Assembly (NCBI RefSeq): GCF_011630105.1 | Contig: NW_022727368.1 | Location: 169,157-233,156, forward strand | Direction of reading: 5' to 3' | Length of the DNA: 64,000 nucleotides | Source: Anneissia japonica | Lineage: Eukaryota | In this document: in pieces, positions 36,434 to 49,446 of the stretch | Layout of the letters: every line of letters begins with the position of its first letter | Numbering within the stretch: position 1 is the stretch's first letter | Notes under the pieces: model-generated | Told to the model about the DNA's origin: nothing | Database searches by the model: none | The model's input: the letters and a program-made list of their open reading frames with translations, nothing else | Translations under genes and position numbers: made by a program

Positions 36434-38619
36434 TAAGATGTGTTATCCTATTAAATCGGTTAATCAAAACAAACTACCTATATGATCCACACTTTTTACT
36501 GCAACAAGCCTTTGTGATTTGGCAGTGGACTCTTCATACATGGGCTAAATTTCGAGAAGCCCATCTCAAATTGAGGCTTCTTTCTTTAGTTTGCTAAAGT
36601 ACTGTAGCCTCGAAAAAGAAGCCCGCCTCGAAAATATGCCCATGGGCTTTTCAAGGTAGCATAGGCTTCTTTTTGAGATAATACAGTACACATACACTGT
36701 ACATGAATCTCAGCCATGGTTGGGGCTGAGGTAAGAACATTCATGATGGCATCTCTGGACAGCCGGAAGTTGCACTTTAGACTTAAATTTGAGTAGAATT
36801 TGCTTTTTTCCTCAATTTTTGTTAAATTTTGAAATATTTAAGAGTTGGGGGCCAGGCCTCCGATTAAATTCACCACTGGTTTAATAAGTTAACTTAGTAT
36901 TTATTTGACAATCCAATCTCTTTCTTCAGGTCTATTTGTATCAAATTTTCTAACTTGTATGTATATTGACAATATCGAAGGTCCAAGCCTTTTATAATTA
37001 TTAATTAATAATGTAAAGTATTTAATATTTGATACATTGTAAGCATAATCTCCAGAGTACTAGAAGTCATGAAAATATTCATGAAAAAGAATTAAAAAAG
37101 ATTAATTTCCAGATTTCATCAATAAACGGTCAGCTTTATTTACAGTTCTCGTAGGAAAAACAGATGAATGATAGTGGATGAATGTATAAGTTTAATAATT
37201 TTTGTTTATTTAGTTTTCTTATTTTTTACGTAGTTATGCCAGGCCCCTGCTGGGCCCGGTCCCCGGGGGCACTAACCCCAGCCTGTCAACGCCACTGGTT
37301 ATCACCTTTAATCATCATCAGCATCATTATCATCATCATCATCATCAACATCATCATTACCAGCATCTGCATTGGTATCACCAGCATCACCATCTTCATT
37401 AGCGTCAGCAACAAAATCAGCATCGTCATCGTCATCATTATCATAATCATTGTCATCAGCCTAATTCATAAGACTTGTTAGTGAATAGATGATATATGCA
37501 TTGCATCAGAGTTAGTGACGAATAAAAAAAAATTATTGTGTTGGCCAAGCCTGACCAAATGAAAATGTACTAAATTGAGGTTTGGCGTTTTGTTTTTTTA
37601 CAGGGAAAAATTTTTATTGATCTAATTTTATTTATTTTTATTTTATTTATTCATTCTGAAGTAATTATAAGTAAAAACATTCAAGGATAAAAACACAGAA
37701 TAGTACAAAAAGCAACTTATTTCCACTGTGGTCCCTAAATGAGAATACTAAAATTACAGAATAATAATAGAACAATAAGGAAACAATACAATAAAACATT
37801 TTCAGAGTCAGATTCAACCAAAATTGACATCATAAACATTAAACTATTTAATACTACTATGAAGTTTAGGTAAATAGTGGTTCTTAATGAGTTTTTTAAA
37901 TGTGTATATGCATTGTGCATTTTGAACATTATAAGGTAATTAAAGGCTGGAATGAGATTACAGTATCTCGCTGAATGGTAGGTGATGCGACAGTGTTATG
38001 CAATCATTTTCCTTTTAAATATAGATTTAAAAATGGTCTTTGTTGTATTTTTGTGTATTTTCTACTTATTCCTATTGACCTACCTTTTTTTTGGATCTTC
38101 CCAATACATGGCCAACACAATTGTATATTTGTGGCAAAGACAAGCCAAACCGTCGCAAAAAATCGATCTTGAGTTATTAATACAGGGTTAAAGAGTAAAA
38201 TAAGAGCTATAAAATGGTAAAAAAATCATTCAAATCCAACATTTCCTTATGAAGTTACAAGCATTTAAGCATACAGCTGTTTAAAGAACAATATATGAGA
38301 AATCAGTCTTCAAAGTTGATGATTTCAGGCATTTCTCATGCAGAAGCCATCATAAAATCTTTAAAAAGTGTTGTTTTAACATTGAAATTGGGAAAAATAT
38401 CGGCACAGCATGATGTATAGATACATAAACCTCAGTTTAGTGAAATAAAATAGATTTTTAAAAATTTTACATTCTAGCATGTTTTTGCTATTTTCTCTGA
38501 AACACAATTTGCGACGAGTGACTGGTTTGGCTTGTCTTTGCCACATTTATTGTTATTGTAATAGGAATTATTTTTTTCATTTTTTTAAACTTACAGTGTC
38601 TAATTTTTTTCCCCCCAAG

Positions 38620-38881
38620 ATTTTGATGAACTTTATCCAGCCAGTCACCCTAAGACTGTTACTAGTGTTTCTACTGCTAGGAGGTTTATTCGTAATGTTA
38701 AAGCCAATATGGGGAACACTGAAGTGTGGCGCCCTCTACATGCTTACTTCTTGCTGAGTGATACAAATTGTTTGCGTAATATCTTCCTGATATCCGACGG
38801 CCACATCAACAATGAGGAATCAACTCTTAATGCCATTCAACACGGTGCAAAAAACAACAGAGTTTTCACATTTGGGATAAG
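38620..38881 (+). CDS. PARP4: PARP4-like exon 17 (NFDELYPASHPKTVTSVSTARRFIRNVKANMGNTEVWRPLHAYFLLSDTNCLRNIFLISDGHINNEESTLNAIQHGAKNNRVFTFGI), vWA.
   Basis: Acceptor ccccccaag| and donor TAAG|gtaaga. Matches human TMGNTDFWKTLRYLSLL…NILLVSDGHLQDESLTLQLVKRSRPHTRLFACGIG. Confidence 0.7.
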
Positions 38882-39167
38882 GTAAGATTGTGAAAGAAAT
38901 AAATACAAATATGAAGAAGAATTTATTCCTGAAGATGAACTAATAAAGTTCGAAATATAGAATCAACAATAGCTTGTATCACTTTTTTCAGAGTTTGTTT
39001 CATACTATCTTAAATATGGAGAACATAACACTAAAAAATGTTTATTAAAATATTTAAATGTAAAAAGAGCTGCTATTTAAGAAGTAATAAACCACTAAAA
39101 CATTGTACATAAGACTAAAAATGCTATTTTTAGTCTTATGTTTTTTTTTCAATAACTATTTATTTAG

Positions 39168-39267
39168 CAAAACGGCGAACAAACACTTGTTGAGGGCGAT
39201 AGCACGTGTTGGAACAGGCGCCTTTGAGTTCTTTGACACAGCCAGAAAGTCAAAATGGGCAAGGAAA
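39168..39267 (+). CDS. PARP4: PARP4-like exon 18 (SKTANKHLLRAIARVGTGAFEFFDTARKSKWARK), vWA.
   Basis: Acceptor tatttag| and donor AAA|gtaaga. Matches human STANRHVLRILSQCGAGVFEYFNAKSKHSWRKQ. Confidence 0.65.
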
Positions 39268-39329
39268 GTAAGAAATTAATTATCTTATTTCAAAACTTGA
39301 TGAATTGACATATTCTTTATAGTAAAAAA

Positions 39330-40350
39330 TATAATTTATTTCATTTTTCATTTTTACTATCAGATTTATAATACATTTGTAAATGTACAGTATATAGTTA
39401 ATCTGGTCAAGGGTCGATTATTAAAAGCCAGTCAACAACTAAAAATATATCTTAACTTATTGCAATTGTATATGCATCATTTATATTTAATTATTCTAAA
39501 TGAAATTATCTTTTTTAAATTTTTATATAATTCATTTGATGATAAATTATTTATTTATTTAGCATCAATATCAAATCTTGAAAATATTCCAAATAGGTCA
39601 AAGTTCAATTATTGAAAGCAAAATTTAAAATACATTTTGAAATATCAAATGTAATAGTTCAAAAGTCAGTTATTGAAAGCAAAGCAACCAGCCTATGATC
39701 AGATTATAATACATTTTGAAGTGTATATATCTAATCTGGTCAAGGGTCAATTATTAAAAGCCAGTCAACAACTAAAAATATATCTCAACTTATTGCAATT
39801 GTATATGCATCATTTATATTTAATTATTCTAAATAAAATTATCTATTTTAAATTTTTATATAATTCATTTGATGATAAATTATTTATTTATTTAGCATCG
39901 ATATCAAATCTGAAAATATTTCAAATAGGTAAAAGTTCAATTATTGAAAGCAAAATTTATAATACATCTTTAAATGTAAATGTAATAGGTCAAGAGTCAG
40001 TTATTAAAAGCAAGGCAAGCGGCCTACTATCATATTTATAATACATTTTGAAATGTATGTATTTAATCTGGTCAAGGGTCAATTATTAAAGCCAGACAAC
40101 AAGTAAAAAATATCTTTACTTATTGAAGAATACATATCAAGTATATATGCATCATCATTTAATTATTATAAATAAAATTATCTATTTTTAATTTATATAT
40201 ATATTTCATTTTATCATAAATTATTTATTTATTTAGCACCAATATCAAATCTTTAAAATATTCCAAATAGGTCAAAGTTCAGTTTTTGAAAGCAAAATTT
40301 ATAATACATTTTGAAATGTCAAATGTAATAGGTCAAGAGTCAGTTATTGA
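39330..40350 (+). repeat. Tandem repeat, 3 x ~340 bp, AT-rich. The last unit carries the acceptor of PARP4-like exon 19.
   Basis: Units 39330-39670, 39670-40010 and 40010-40350 are about 90 percent identical. Confidence 0.7.
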
Positions 40351-40502
40351 AAGCAAGGCAACCAGCACTGAGCAATGTGAGTGTGGAGTGGCAACAATCA
40401 GATGACAATGCCTCCAAACCCATCCAAGCTCCAGGACAGATAACATCCTTATTTAGCGGTTCACGCCAAGTAGTGTATGGGTATGTTCCATTCTGCAGAC
40501 AG
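40344..40502 (+). CDS. PARP4: PARP4-like exon 19 (LLKARQPALSNVSVEWQQSDDNASKPIQAPGQITSLFSGSRQVVYGYVPFCRQ).
   Basis: Donor CAG|gtaagg. Matches human SVSVKWQQLNPDVPEALQAPAQVPSLFLNDRLLVYGFIPHCTQ. The acceptor (agagtcag|) lies in the last unit of an upstream 3x ~340-bp tandem repeat. Confidence 0.55.
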
Positions 40503-41334
40503 GTAAGGCATCTTTATAATAATAATAATGTTATATTTATATAGACCATATTGCACATTACCCCTATGCACTTTACACAGAAATGATATAGACTAACCGA
40601 GAAAATACAAATAACAATAAAATAATAACTATATAATAAAATAAAAATAATAATCATAATAACAAAAATAACAATGATGCTAAACTACTTCTATTCCTTA
40701 AACTAATTAATGGTTGGCCGTTGACTCCGAGGAGCTCATCCGCCTTTTGTTCAGCTATTGGTTTTTCTTGCTGCTGGCTAACCAAAATCACCCTTCTCCC
40801 CCCCCCCCCCCCCAGCAGCCACTATGACATATCATGAGAGGCATATCTTCAAGTTATATTTATTAAATAATATTTTAAGTGAGTTTATTATTAACCTGTA
40901 ATCATGGTAAAAGTGTATTACAGTTAAAGACCACTTTTGGGCCTTTGATTTCCATGGGCTCTAGTTTTTTACAATAAGACGAGTCTACTAAATATTGTCA
41001 TGTGATCACACATGTGAGAATTAATTTTTTCATGTATTGTGTAATCCATTTTTGATCATATTCTTTACCAGTTATGCCTGTCTTACCTACTTTAAATACA
41101 GTATTATAAACAAAATTATTATTGACTCATGTGCTTCTTTATTTAAAATGTAATTTGACTTTCATTTCAATTCAATTCAATTCAATTAACATTTATTCAA
41201 TTAATTATAATAAATACATCAAGTGATAAAGAAAGTGGACAACATTAAAATTAATTAATTAGGATCAAAAATAGAAGCAAAGCTTGTCTCAATTTGACCC
41301 TGACAAAACAAAAAGTAAAAACTAATAATAAACG

Positions 41335-41735
41335 CATATCAGGTAGACCTACATTTTATATACAAATATATATATATATATATATACACATATATACATA
41401 TATACATACACACATGTACATACACACATACATACATATACACACACTTACATACACACACATACACCCCCATACATTCATGTAAATACACACACACACA
41501 TATACATAAACACATACATAAATGCACACACACACACACACACAAATCAACATATACACACTTATGCACACATATATATATACATACAATATAAATCATC
41601 AAAGGTACATATGCAGTGTTTAGATAAGGACATGATGGAACATCATAGGCTACCCTGTAGCTATTTAACAAATGTACATGTATATATGTTTGAATATCAT
41701 ACATATATACATAAACATACACATACATATATAAA
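41335..41735. repeat. Compound (CA)n/(TA)n/(CATA)n microsatellite.
   Basis: Direct inspection. Gives rise to the spurious ORFs 41294..41728. Confidence 0.9.
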
Positions 41736-42008
41736 ATAAAATAAAATATTTAAATAAAGTTAAGATTGCAAAGGTCCTTCTATTAAAAATTATAGTTAAA
41801 GATGTAGCAGTATTTAACATTATGCTTTAGAATATTCTTTTGCATATGGATTTACTTGCAGCATTTGGTCGACTGGCTTCACAGAATGATTATTTAAATG
41901 ATGCATACGAGTGGATCCATGGGGGGGGGGGGCGATAGTCATCATTAAGTCAAATGCATGGTCAGAGGTAAATCTCTATCATCATTGTTTATATTTTTTG
42001 TATTAAAG

Positions 42009-42089
42009 GCAACATTAAAAGCTGAAATTAATGGTGATGAAATCTCAACTATGGTATCTACCAATGAGCTTAGCGTAACAAGGGGCAAA
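42009..42089 (+). CDS. PARP4: PARP4-like exon 20 (ATLKAEINGDEISTMVSTNELSVTRGK).
   Basis: Acceptor tattaaag| and donor AAA|gtaagt. Matches human ATLCALIQEKEFRTMVSTTELQKTTGT. Confidence 0.6.
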
Positions 42090-42641
42090 GTAAGTTTGTT
42101 TTAGATTTTATTTTATGGCATATGAGAGCTATATAGAAAAAGTGAATCCATTTTAGGGTTAAAATGCATTTGAATCCCAGGCCGGAGTCTTGGGCTTAAT
42201 TCTTGTTAGTGACATATCACATGACAATTTAGGACTGCCAATTAAAAAATTGTAATGAGAGTTGTCTAGAGATCATAGGGTTTAATACCACATTTAGCAT
42301 GTAGAAGTGAATCCATCCTAGGGCAATTTAAAATAGCTTAAACAATACAGTAACAATGCAAGGCCATACAACTTATACTACATTTTGTATTACACTAGCA
42401 GTTAATACCTCTGTGTTCTGTATGCTTACATAATGGTTTACTAAATAATTTGATTATTGGTTTGTTTCATTGTGTCCGGCCTTTTGTGTTCGTATTTGTG
42501 AATCCATCGTAAGGTCACATTGTTGTTGGTCAATGAATGGCTCTCTAATGTTTGACCAATGAAATTTGCACATTATTATCACAGTTTTGGACTGCCAATT
42601 TTAATTTAATACAATTTTCGGTACTCATTTGTTGCCATCAG

Positions 42642-42824
42642 ATTCTTCATCAATTGACAGCAAGAGCCATTATTCGTGATTGGGAGGATGGAACCCTGGA
42701 TGTCAATCCAGTGGAGCATGACGTGAAGAAGGACGCACAGAAATCTTATATCATTGATCTCAGCAAAGAATATTCCATTGTGACGCAATTCACCAGCTTC
42801 ATCGCTGTTGAAGAACGAGATAAG
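42642..42824 (+). CDS. PARP4: PARP4-like exon 21 (ILHQLTARAIIRDWEDGTLDVNPVEHDVKKDAQKSYIIDLSKEYSIVTQFTSFIAVEERDK).
   Basis: Acceptor gccatcag| and donor AAG|gtttgt. Matches human MIHKLAARALIRDYEDGILHENETSHEMKKQTLKSLIIKLSKENSLITQFTSFVAVEKRDE. Confidence 0.75.
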
Positions 42825-43575
42825 GTTTGTACGGAAACAGGAGTATTAAAAAGATAGCATAAATTATTTACTGTTTATTATTTATTGAAATTGATGTAGC
42901 GCACACATCCAGAAAACTGCTCAAGGCGCTTTCTTTCCCCCCTGTTCATTGGATACAGAATCAGTCACAAACAATGTATACCCTCCTCTGCTCCTAAAAA
43001 AATGTTAATTTACCTATCAAAACAATGTTATTATGATACCACGCTATCAATTGTGCCATCCTTGTGGCCACAATTTAGTTCCCCAACTAAACCATTAAGT
43101 CACTATAATAGTCACCTCCTCTGTATTCACTAAATGCTTTACTGTCTTTTAATGTGTGTTAAACTTTGAAGGTCAAAGTACACTCTACGGCAAAGTACAG
43201 AATTTTCCTCTAAGCGTACTGCCAAATTGACCATCAGGATTTGCTCTGTAAAGGCCCAATTTAACCTTCATGGGTCGGCAAGGCCCGCTGGTTCAGATTA
43301 CATGATGAACGTATTTCAGTTACCGTAAAACGGCGTATTAGCAGTGTTTAGGGGATTTGGTATATAAAAATGGGATGATGTTGATACGGTGATGTTAACA
43401 CTGGGATGTCTGGTGTGGTTATGATTTGAATCGGCGAGCGACAGCCTTTTTATAGGCACATCACATGATTGTCGGCAATACGCTGCCATGAAATGTGCAT
43501 AAGGTGAGCATTCGTTGGTAAAAGTTTTCTAAAAGCTACCAGAACTATATATATTTTTTTTTTCATTTAATCTAG

Positions 43576-43728
43576 ACTGATTTTGTAGGAGCAGTGTTCA
43601 AGCCTAGCATTAATGATCTTGTTGCCAATGAAGATGTGGATGATCTTCCATATGTGTGCTGGGAAGATACCGTCTATTCAAACTTTGAAATATGTTCATT
43701 GAGCGTTGAAACACCTCCTCCAGTCCAT
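43576..43728 (+). CDS. PARP4: PARP4-like exon 22 (TDFVGAVFKPSINDLVANEDVDDLPYVCWEDTVYSNFEICSLSVETPPPVH).
   Basis: Acceptor ttaatctag| and donor CAT|gttagt. Resembles human PDIPKVSELIAKEDVDFLPYMSWQGEP. Confidence 0.55.
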
Positions 43729-44057
43729 GTTAGTAGAAATTTATTTTCATTTTTATTATAACCATAATTTGGTTTTAATTGTGTATTTACTAGTATGAGT
43801 CAAGGATTATAAAATGATGTATGTGTGTATGTATGTATAATAATAATATGGTAGCGGTACACTCTAAACTGTCGTGCGGTAATGCTGTAAATATATATAA
43901 ATCAATTTTAAATAATATAATGAATAACTGCCCCAACCAGGAATTCAACCCAGAACCTTCTACTGTCTATGTATATTATTATTATTATTTGGATTTGATT
44001 AGTTTCTTAAAACTTAATATTGCATATCCGATTAAATTTTCCTAATTTTTCTTATAG

Positions 44058-44086
44058 GGAAGATATGAAGGAGATTACATCATCAG
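44058..44086 (+). CDS. PARP4: PARP4-like 29-nt micro-exon (GRYEGDYII).
   Basis: Acceptor cttatag| and donor TCAG|gtacag. Phase links exons 22 and 24. Confidence 0.35.
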
Positions 44087-44708
44087 GTACAGTATATTAT
44101 GTATTAATACCATGGTGATTGCATATTATTATTTAATTTTCTTTTGTATATTGGCATTTAAGAGTAAAAACAGTACAATTTATATACATAAGCATAAAAA
44201 GAAAAAGGTTAGTAGTACCTTATATAAAAATATTATATGTGCATGTCCAAATTATCAAAAGTTTAAAAAACAATTCTTTATTGATATTTTACCAGGTTTA
44301 ATTGACTGATTAATTAATTAACTGATTTTTACAGGAATAATGAATATTGTAGCTGATTTTGGTCTTTAAATCACTTTGCAGTCTCAGGGTCCCAGATTCA
44401 AGTCCTTCAATGTCAATGTAGTGGGGCTTCTCTTGGCCATAAAAAGAGTTAATTTTACTTTCTTTCAAACAATTTTTTTGTGTAATCCTAATTCATGTAA
44501 TATTTCCTTTGTATTAAATTTTTTTTGCCTAAGATGCATATATTTATTCATAACCATTATGTTTTTAGTGTTGTCACAAACTTGTGTAAAGCCAATCTCT
44601 TGTGTTAAACAAGTCTGTACTCGTGTACTCTACTTGTTTTCGTGAAGAAATTAAGTTTATAACATTATTTATATTATTTTCATGTCTGATTTTTCATTTC
44701 TCTCTTCA

Positions 44709-44740
44709 GCAATTCTGAGGATTCATCCATTATATGGATA
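44709..44740 (+). CDS. PARP4: PARP4-like 32-nt micro-exon (SNSEDSSIIWI).
   Basis: Acceptor tctcttcag| and donor ATAG|gtaaat. Phase 2 in and 1 out, which is the phase the mini-exon array requires. Confidence 0.35.
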
Positions 44741-46479
44741 GGTAAATCACAGTACATTTCCTTTTTTTTTTTATTGTTGATTACATTGTTTTATGTATGT
44801 CAGTGGTGGTACCAGCATGTGGGCAGGAACATGCCTGGATCCCCTGCCATCCGCCAACCATTTGCTAATGTATGTATGCATGGTATGTACATAGTACGTA
44901 TAAGCAATTAGTATAATAGCATATTATACACTAGTGGAAATTATTATACAAAGATTTAGATTAATGCATGAAAGCAGTTTTTGAATGCATTTTAATAATT
45001 TCCTCTAGTCTATAAAGCCTGTCACCATCTTTTAATGTTAGTTTCGAAAATATATGTGTGATCAAACTGTTTCAGAAGTCATCGATTGCTGTTATGGTTG
45101 AATAAATTTGCCTTGAATAACTTGCCTTCCAATCCCAGGATCCTGGGTTTGAATCCTGTCAGATTCCAAGATTTTTTCTCATGACAAAACAACTATAATA
45201 TTATGTTTTGAGTCCTGTAAAACTAGATTTTTGCACATAACTAAAATTTGATGTGTAAAATTAAATCAGTATTATCAAATATGTTTTATTCTAGATACAT
45301 AGAATATTAGGTTATTGACAACAAATTCTCAAGGTTGTAAGAGAGCACCAATCTTTAAGTGTATATTATAAATAATTTCATAGATGATAAAAACAAATAA
45401 AAATTTAATTTTCCATACACGAAACACATTTATTCTACAGATGCAGGAAAAGGACGATTTTAGCTTGGTTTAGTGTGTTCTTCTTTGGCATGCTCAGCGG
45501 GGAGCATTGGCATTGGTTTATCTTGTTAATTATCACTCACTCATTACTAGTGACATTTTCTTGTTTAGTTAGATACTTTTTAACATACTTGACTTTTTTA
45601 TGTATTTGACAAACTCCTGAAATAATATACTGATTTCAAACTAATATAAATTTTCACTAATTATGTTGTTTTATTTTACCAACGTATCCTTGTACGTACA
45701 ACACGTTTGTCATCGTCTGTACATTTCATTATACCATACAACAAGACAATTGGAGGTTCTTCATTCCCTTGTTATGCTTTTAGACTTTGGAATAATCTTC
45801 CAACTGACCTTCGGGATATTTCAAATAGAAAAGGGAGAATTCCCTTGTCTGACATGCCTGGAGCCTGTCATTCGATGCCATGACGAGGTCATCGGATCAA
45901 AAATAAAAAGATAATAATTTGCCTATTCAAATATTAACATTTTGATTGGCAGTCCCTGTGGTCTAAAAGTACAATTTCGACCATACTAAGCCTTAAAAAC
46001 TCTCCCAGTGAACCCTACCAGGCTTGACCCCTCCCTTAAATTTAAATTCAAATCAGCTGTCATACCCCCTGTCACAATATTTCTGGAGCCACCACTGGGG
46101 GAACATTGGCATTAGTTTACCTAGTTGAGTATCTCACACATTAATAATGACATTTTCCTTGTTTGGTTAGATACTTTTAGGACCCCTAAATTTTGACTCC
46201 TTTGGAAACAAACCTTCTGGTTTAAAGGGTTATCCAATGCTCCCTCCAACCTGTTTTCTGTTTCTAATGCATATAATTGTGTATTTCTTTTCTTTTGTTT
46301 GTATTCTCTGGTTTGTCTGATCTCTTTTTACCTTGTTGATGTTTTCCTCTGTTACTTTTGAATGGCTTTGTTTTGTAAATTTGTTCTATGTAATGCTTCT
46401 GTGAGCATGAAATAAAAATAACAAACTACTTTTCTGTTACAGGATTGCTACATTATGTCATGCAGTTTAAGTTTTAATC

Positions 46480-47348
46480 CAACAAAAACTCTCTTTGGAA
46501 AATAAATCTTTGTTTATTAAGGATCCCTACATGGAACCTCGAAAGTGCTAATCTGGCATGTGCTGATGATGTCATATACTTGGGTGTTAAATTCAGTAAA
46601 AATGTAAAAGGCAAAGCCCATGTTGATGATAGAATCAGCAAATGTCAGAGAGCTTTTTATACGTTAAAACATGGAGGTTAAAAGGTGCGGGCATGTGTAA
46701 ATGTAGGTTCGTCAACTGATGTCAAGTTACAGTACATGTCTTGAACACTGTTTTGGAACCGATCCTGAGTTATGTGGCCTACAATGCATAAATTTAAGTG
46801 TGAGCTCTTTACGAGAGTTGGAAAAAAAATCCAGATTAAATTGATTAAAGCATCATTAGGCCTTCCAAATCTCTGTGATAATCTTTAAGATCGTTGATAG
46901 TTAATTTTGTGTTTAAATTTTTCACCCATTCTTGACGATGGGCTTGTGGAAACCGATGGAGCTGGTAGGGCTGAATACAACAGGAGCAATCCTTGCGAAA
47001 AAATCCCTGGTTGGGACACAACTCGTTTTTCCATTGTTGAAGCTTAAATTGGCTATTACTGCAGCCATTCACCTGGCAAATCTTTCTTGCACCTTTTCCA
47101 CTCATTCTTTTATTCCGGAGAATAATGGCTTAAAGTATTTCACAAAAGAATTTAACAACAAAAGAAAACAATCGCTTCGCTACTCTACTTTACAGTAACT
47201 GTAATGTATGTAAAAGCATAGGCACTTCCGGGTATCACTGGTACACCGCGGTGTCGTTGTACCCCAGGCAAGGTTGCCAGGTTAACGAAAGTTTTCTATC
47301 CAATTATCGCGAAAATGGTGTATACAGCTCTTACTCATGGTCTTAATC
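46480..47348 (+). mobile_element. Degenerate non-LTR (LINE) reverse-transcriptase fragment (…NLACADDVIYLGVKFSKNVKGKAHVDDRISKCQRAFYTLK…).
   Basis: An xADD RT motif followed by a LINE-type downstream motif. Many stops. Ends at the adapter junction. Confidence 0.35.
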
Positions 47349-47386
47349 CTGTCTCTTATACACATCTAGATGTGTATAAGAGACAG
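47349..47386. other. Exact Illumina Nextera mate-pair junction adapter, CTGTCTCTTATACACATCT + AGATGTGTATAAGAGACAG (Tn5 mosaic end and its reverse complement, abutted).
   Basis: 38/38 nt identity to the junction adapter. This is a library-construction artefact, not native sequence. Confidence 0.9.
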
Positions 47387-48480
47387 GTTCAATGGCAATT
47401 TGAATACAAGAATCTAAGTTAAGTTAAATGGCAATTTGAATACAAGAATCTAAGTTAAGTTAAATGGCAATTTGAATACAAGAATCTAAGTTTTAAAGTG
47501 TATTTAGATTTTCATAATTTTTACAATTTTAATATATAATCTATGGTAGGTGGATGGGCATTCCATAATTAAACATATTTAAAACACATCCTTATATCAA
47601 CCGGGCCATCCATGCGACGTGCCCTATTAGTGGTAATGGCAGTAATTTACAGTCCTTTTTGAAACCCTTGTTTTTTTTTTGTAGGTGTAGGGGATCCCTG
47701 GGGACCAACTTAAAAAAGGCAATGAACGTTATTAACAACAAAAACAAGAAAAGGAGTTAGGTGCTTTTTTATAGTAGTAGCTTTTACTGGGACTAAACCT
47801 AATTGTCAGAATGACCGTAGTATCATGATATTATCAGGAGAATTAATTTATTTTAAATGATTTTAATGATTTAATTTGATATTCAGTTGTGGCAAGAAGT
47901 CCAAAACCAAAACTAAAAAACGTTTTCATTCAGTTAAAAGCAGAGGGTAAGTAAAAACATGAAGGTATTATAATACCTCCATGGTAAAAACACAAGTAGC
48001 TTGTAATTTGATGCATGCTACATTGTTTAATGGAGGAATAAGTTTAGAATGAAATTAAATTCATGTAAGAATTTAAACTAATTCCTCCATGATTGTATAT
48101 TGCACTTGTCTTGGTGGAGATTAACCAGTGATGGTATCAAATGACAGATTCTATAGGACAATGTATTGTTTACTTGTGCTAAACAAAGGAGTGCAGTCAT
48201 TTCATTAATGTAAAATTAGCAGAAAATATTGTGATTTAATGGTTAAAGGAATATATTGCTAACATAGCTGACATTCTGTTAAATAGATGTGCAGGATAAT
48301 GCACATCTAAATGATAGGAAGCTTTTGATTTGTGCAACAACGTGACACTAGGACTGATTCACTCATGCATGACCGCCCTGTATTCTTTGCACAACATATA
48401 TTTGGCCAAATTGCGTCCTGGAATTCACGCAACCCTGTGAACTGCACATTGTGATACTCATCAGCACTGAAAACATGCAA
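47387..48480. repeat. Segmental duplicate. 47387-47826 ≈ 51837-52252 and 47995-48480 ≈ 54665-55135 (each >95 percent), i.e. the two flanks of the DIRS element.
   Basis: Near-identical long matches by inspection. Begins immediately after the mate-pair adapter. Internal (aaatggcaatttgaatacaagaatctaagttaagtt)x3 mini-repeat. Confidence 0.7.
47887..47946 (+). CDS. PARP4: Array mini-exon (VVARSPKPKLKNVFIQLKAE), phase 1/1.
   Basis: Canonical ag/gt splice signals. Symmetric phase matches exon 24. Lies downstream of the adapter junction, so genomic placement is uncertain. Confidence 0.3.
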
Positions 48481-49374
48481 ATGTTATGAATTTGTGGGAG
48501 AAGGGTTACTTACCGGGAGATATTTGCTTAATGATTTCCGGGAGATTTCTATGAGTTTTGGTACACTCTAGAAAGGTCTATTCACAAGCAGAACAACCCC
48601 ACTGGAAATTTATCAATCAACTTTATTTCGGACTTTTATCCATGTAATAACAAATATAAATATAAAGATAAACCGCATTTATAGAAATTATAGAATACCT
48701 TTACAGATATTAATGCAATATAAAATGCCATTTAAAAAAACATTGAATATTTCAATATGCAACTGGCAATGCCTAAGACAGGGGAGTTTTCAGATGCAAA
48801 AATACTTGACATGACGTCTTACACTGATTTTCTTACCGACTTGAAAAACATAGTAACTTGCTGAGACAAACATGGTGCTAGCACTGCTTGCTTATGGTTT
48901 ACTAATATCAGTGCATTATTGTAGCATACTCTTCAACCAAGAAGCGCTATATAAGACCAACATATTATTATTATTATTATTATTAGCCCACAAAATTACA
49001 CATTAGAAATTCTTACATTAACTCCTGATTAGCATATTTTTATGCGTGAGTTTCACAAATACTGATCAACTCTCCAGCAAACGAAGAGGACATTAAAATA
49101 TCAGTGTTTGGACAATGTGGTTTATTCGTTTTATGTCAATGGTCTATAGCTTAATTAAGAAGATTTTATAGTATGTATAAATCATATTATCAATGTATTT
49201 GGTATTTTTCTTTTTTTTTTTTTTTTTTTTGTTAATTTATATGATTTACAAATCATAGTAAGGAGAACTAATCCATCATTGCCAATAAATATACCAATGT
49301 CAAAGGTTAACATTATAGACCATTTTTTAAAATCTGGTCAGATTCTTAAATGTTCTTTATTTTTTTATTTATAG

Positions 49375-49446
49375 ATCAGTACTGTTCATCCAAATCACAG
49401 AAAACCAAAGCAAGACTCCCTGATTTAAAAAAAAGTGTAAAAAAAG
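49375..49446 (+). CDS. PARP4: Array mini-exon (QYCSSKSQKTKARLPDLKKSVKK), phase 1/1.
   Basis: Acceptor tttatag| and donor AAAG|gtttgt. No stops in this frame only. Confidence 0.3.

Noticed and set aside
41294-41728. ORFs of 63-129 aa rich in C/V/Y/M/H
   Set aside because: These are translations of a (CA/TA/CATA)n microsatellite on both strands.
44806-44876. Candidate exon TGGTGGTACCAGCATGTGGGCAGG… after the 44740 micro-exon
   Set aside because: It contains an in-frame TAA in the required phase and belongs to a dispersed repeat copy.
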